From positions 248,001 to 312,000 of IMG/VR virus record IMGVR_UViG_3300042308_001511: DNA of 64,000 bases. One strand, 5' to 3'. Below, piece after piece: positions 63,271-64,000 of this stretch; the first letter of the stretch is position 1; every line of letters starts with the position of its first letter. Under the pieces are notes generated by a model. It saw only the letters and a list, made by a program, of their open reading frames with translations. It was not told the DNA's origin and made no database searches. The position numbers and the translations under genes were made by a program.

Positions 63271-63700
63271 ATTCAAATGTTACTATTTTTCCTATAAATA
63301 CACAATGTTTATTATATTTTGATTTCTCACCAGTTTCCACATTCACCACAAAAAATGCTTCTTTAGATTCTTTGGCATCGTACATCTCGTACTCTGTCAT
63401 ACCTTCAAAGTTTATTACTTCAAGATAACAATTCTTTGGAATTGCCATTCCTGATATGATTTTACCATCTGTTGATTTCACATATATTTTGTTTGTACTT
63501 TTTCTATACACAACGAAGAAGTCTGCACCATAACCTAATATTTGCTTATCATCATCTATTGTCTCCACAAAAAGTGTCTTACCTGTCTCAGAACTAACTA
63601 TTGCGGTCTGGTAGTCGTCTAGCTCGTCTAAATATATTTCACTTTGTGCACTTACCAGTGTAGATAAGAATAGTAATGTGATTGTGATAATGTTTCTCAT
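63269..63700 (-). CDS. Secreted hypothetical protein
   Basis: Signal peptide MRNIITITLLFLSTLVSA; TATATTCG at 63718-63725. Confidence 0.6.
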   Translation of the reverse strand: MRNIITITLLFLSTLVSAQSEIYLDELDDYQTAIVSSETGKTLFVETIDDDKQILGYGADFFVVYRKSTNKIYVKSTDGKIISGMAIPKNCYLEVINFEGMTEYEMYDAKESKEAFFVVNVETGEKSKYNKHCVFIGKIVTFE

Positions 63701-63749
63701 AGTAGTTTTCGTTTCTACGAATATACTAAATTTTTATCAATTACGGTCT

Positions 63750-63953
63750 TTATATTCCTAATTCTTCTAATTTCAAGTCTCTTAGCATTTTGTACTTCCA
63801 TTCTATGTATTCACTATCCATATAATGGAAAACAAGTGTTTCCAGGAATACGAAGAATCCTTCAGGTGTCAGTTCACATATTTTCTCACATGCGTATAGG
63901 TTTGAACCCATAGAGAAATTGATGTAATAGTCGGTAGGCTCAAATGGTGCCAC
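63750..63953 (-). CDS. C-tag hypothetical protein
   Basis: ends LRDLKLEELGI. Confidence 0.65.
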   Translation of the reverse strand: MAPFEPTDYYINFSMGSNLYACEKICELTPEGFFVFLETLVFHYMDSEYIEWKYKMLRDLKLEELGI

Positions 63954-64000
63954 CGGCCATTGACTTAAGTTTATATCTCCCAGTGAACTTATAAACGGTT

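Larger units (their letters stand above)
6407..63725. promoter_or_regulatory. Dispersed Bacteroidota sigma70-type -7 elements (TATATTTG/TATATTCG), early promoters
   Basis: Intergenic copies at 6407, 8195, 10278, 15801, 16094, 22322, 23159, 25278, 25818, 28905, 29008, 31999, 33272, 43306, 46147, 50333, 50342, 54420, 59088, 60485, 61619, 63718, oriented with the downstream gene; match the TAnnTTTG consensus. Confidence 0.8.

Noticed and set aside
1-64000. Alternative genetic code (TAG or TGA reassignment)
   Set aside because: Conserved enzymes are full length under the standard code, and TAA, TAG and TGA all end genes at family-consistent positions.

Overview
This window is a segment of a large AT-rich tailed-phage (jumbo/huge phage-like) genome, most likely infecting Bacteroidota. 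Evidence for the host: about 20 TAnnTTTG/TAnnTTCG host-type promoters, a Bacteroidota-type MetF, a PorT-like outer-membrane barrel and a T9SS C-terminal sorting domain. It holds about 120 genes, mostly short hypotheticals. Recognisable genes: tail-collar fibre, metF, rnhA, AAA+ ATPase, nucleotidyltransferase, HAD and kinase enzymes, cyanophycinase-like S51 peptidase, two beta-class DNA methyltransferases plus a PD-(D/E)xK nuclease, C39 peptidase, GNAT, LRR proteins and a LOG protein. Main unexplained structure: (1) Two mutually exclusive peptide tags. About 41 ORFs end in R-[DE]-x-[KR]-[LI]-x-x-[LI]-G-[IL] ('C-tag') and mostly lie in units with host-type (early) promoters. Another 20 ORFs start with M-[KR]-x-[IL]-[KR]-x-[FY]-E-x-F ('N-tag', similar to the T4 capsid-targeting sequence) and lie behind a TAATATATA (late-type) promoter. 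(2) A GC-skew inversion at about 26.5 kb. It is surrounded by 13 copies of a 28-bp palindrome that sit at gene boundaries and by two 125-bp non-coding repeats sharing three ordered motifs with the skew-switch locus, amid host-envelope-type genes. (3) A tRNA-shaped RNA whose anticodon domain is replaced by 66 nt. Functions proposed for these are inference; no searches or computations were run.
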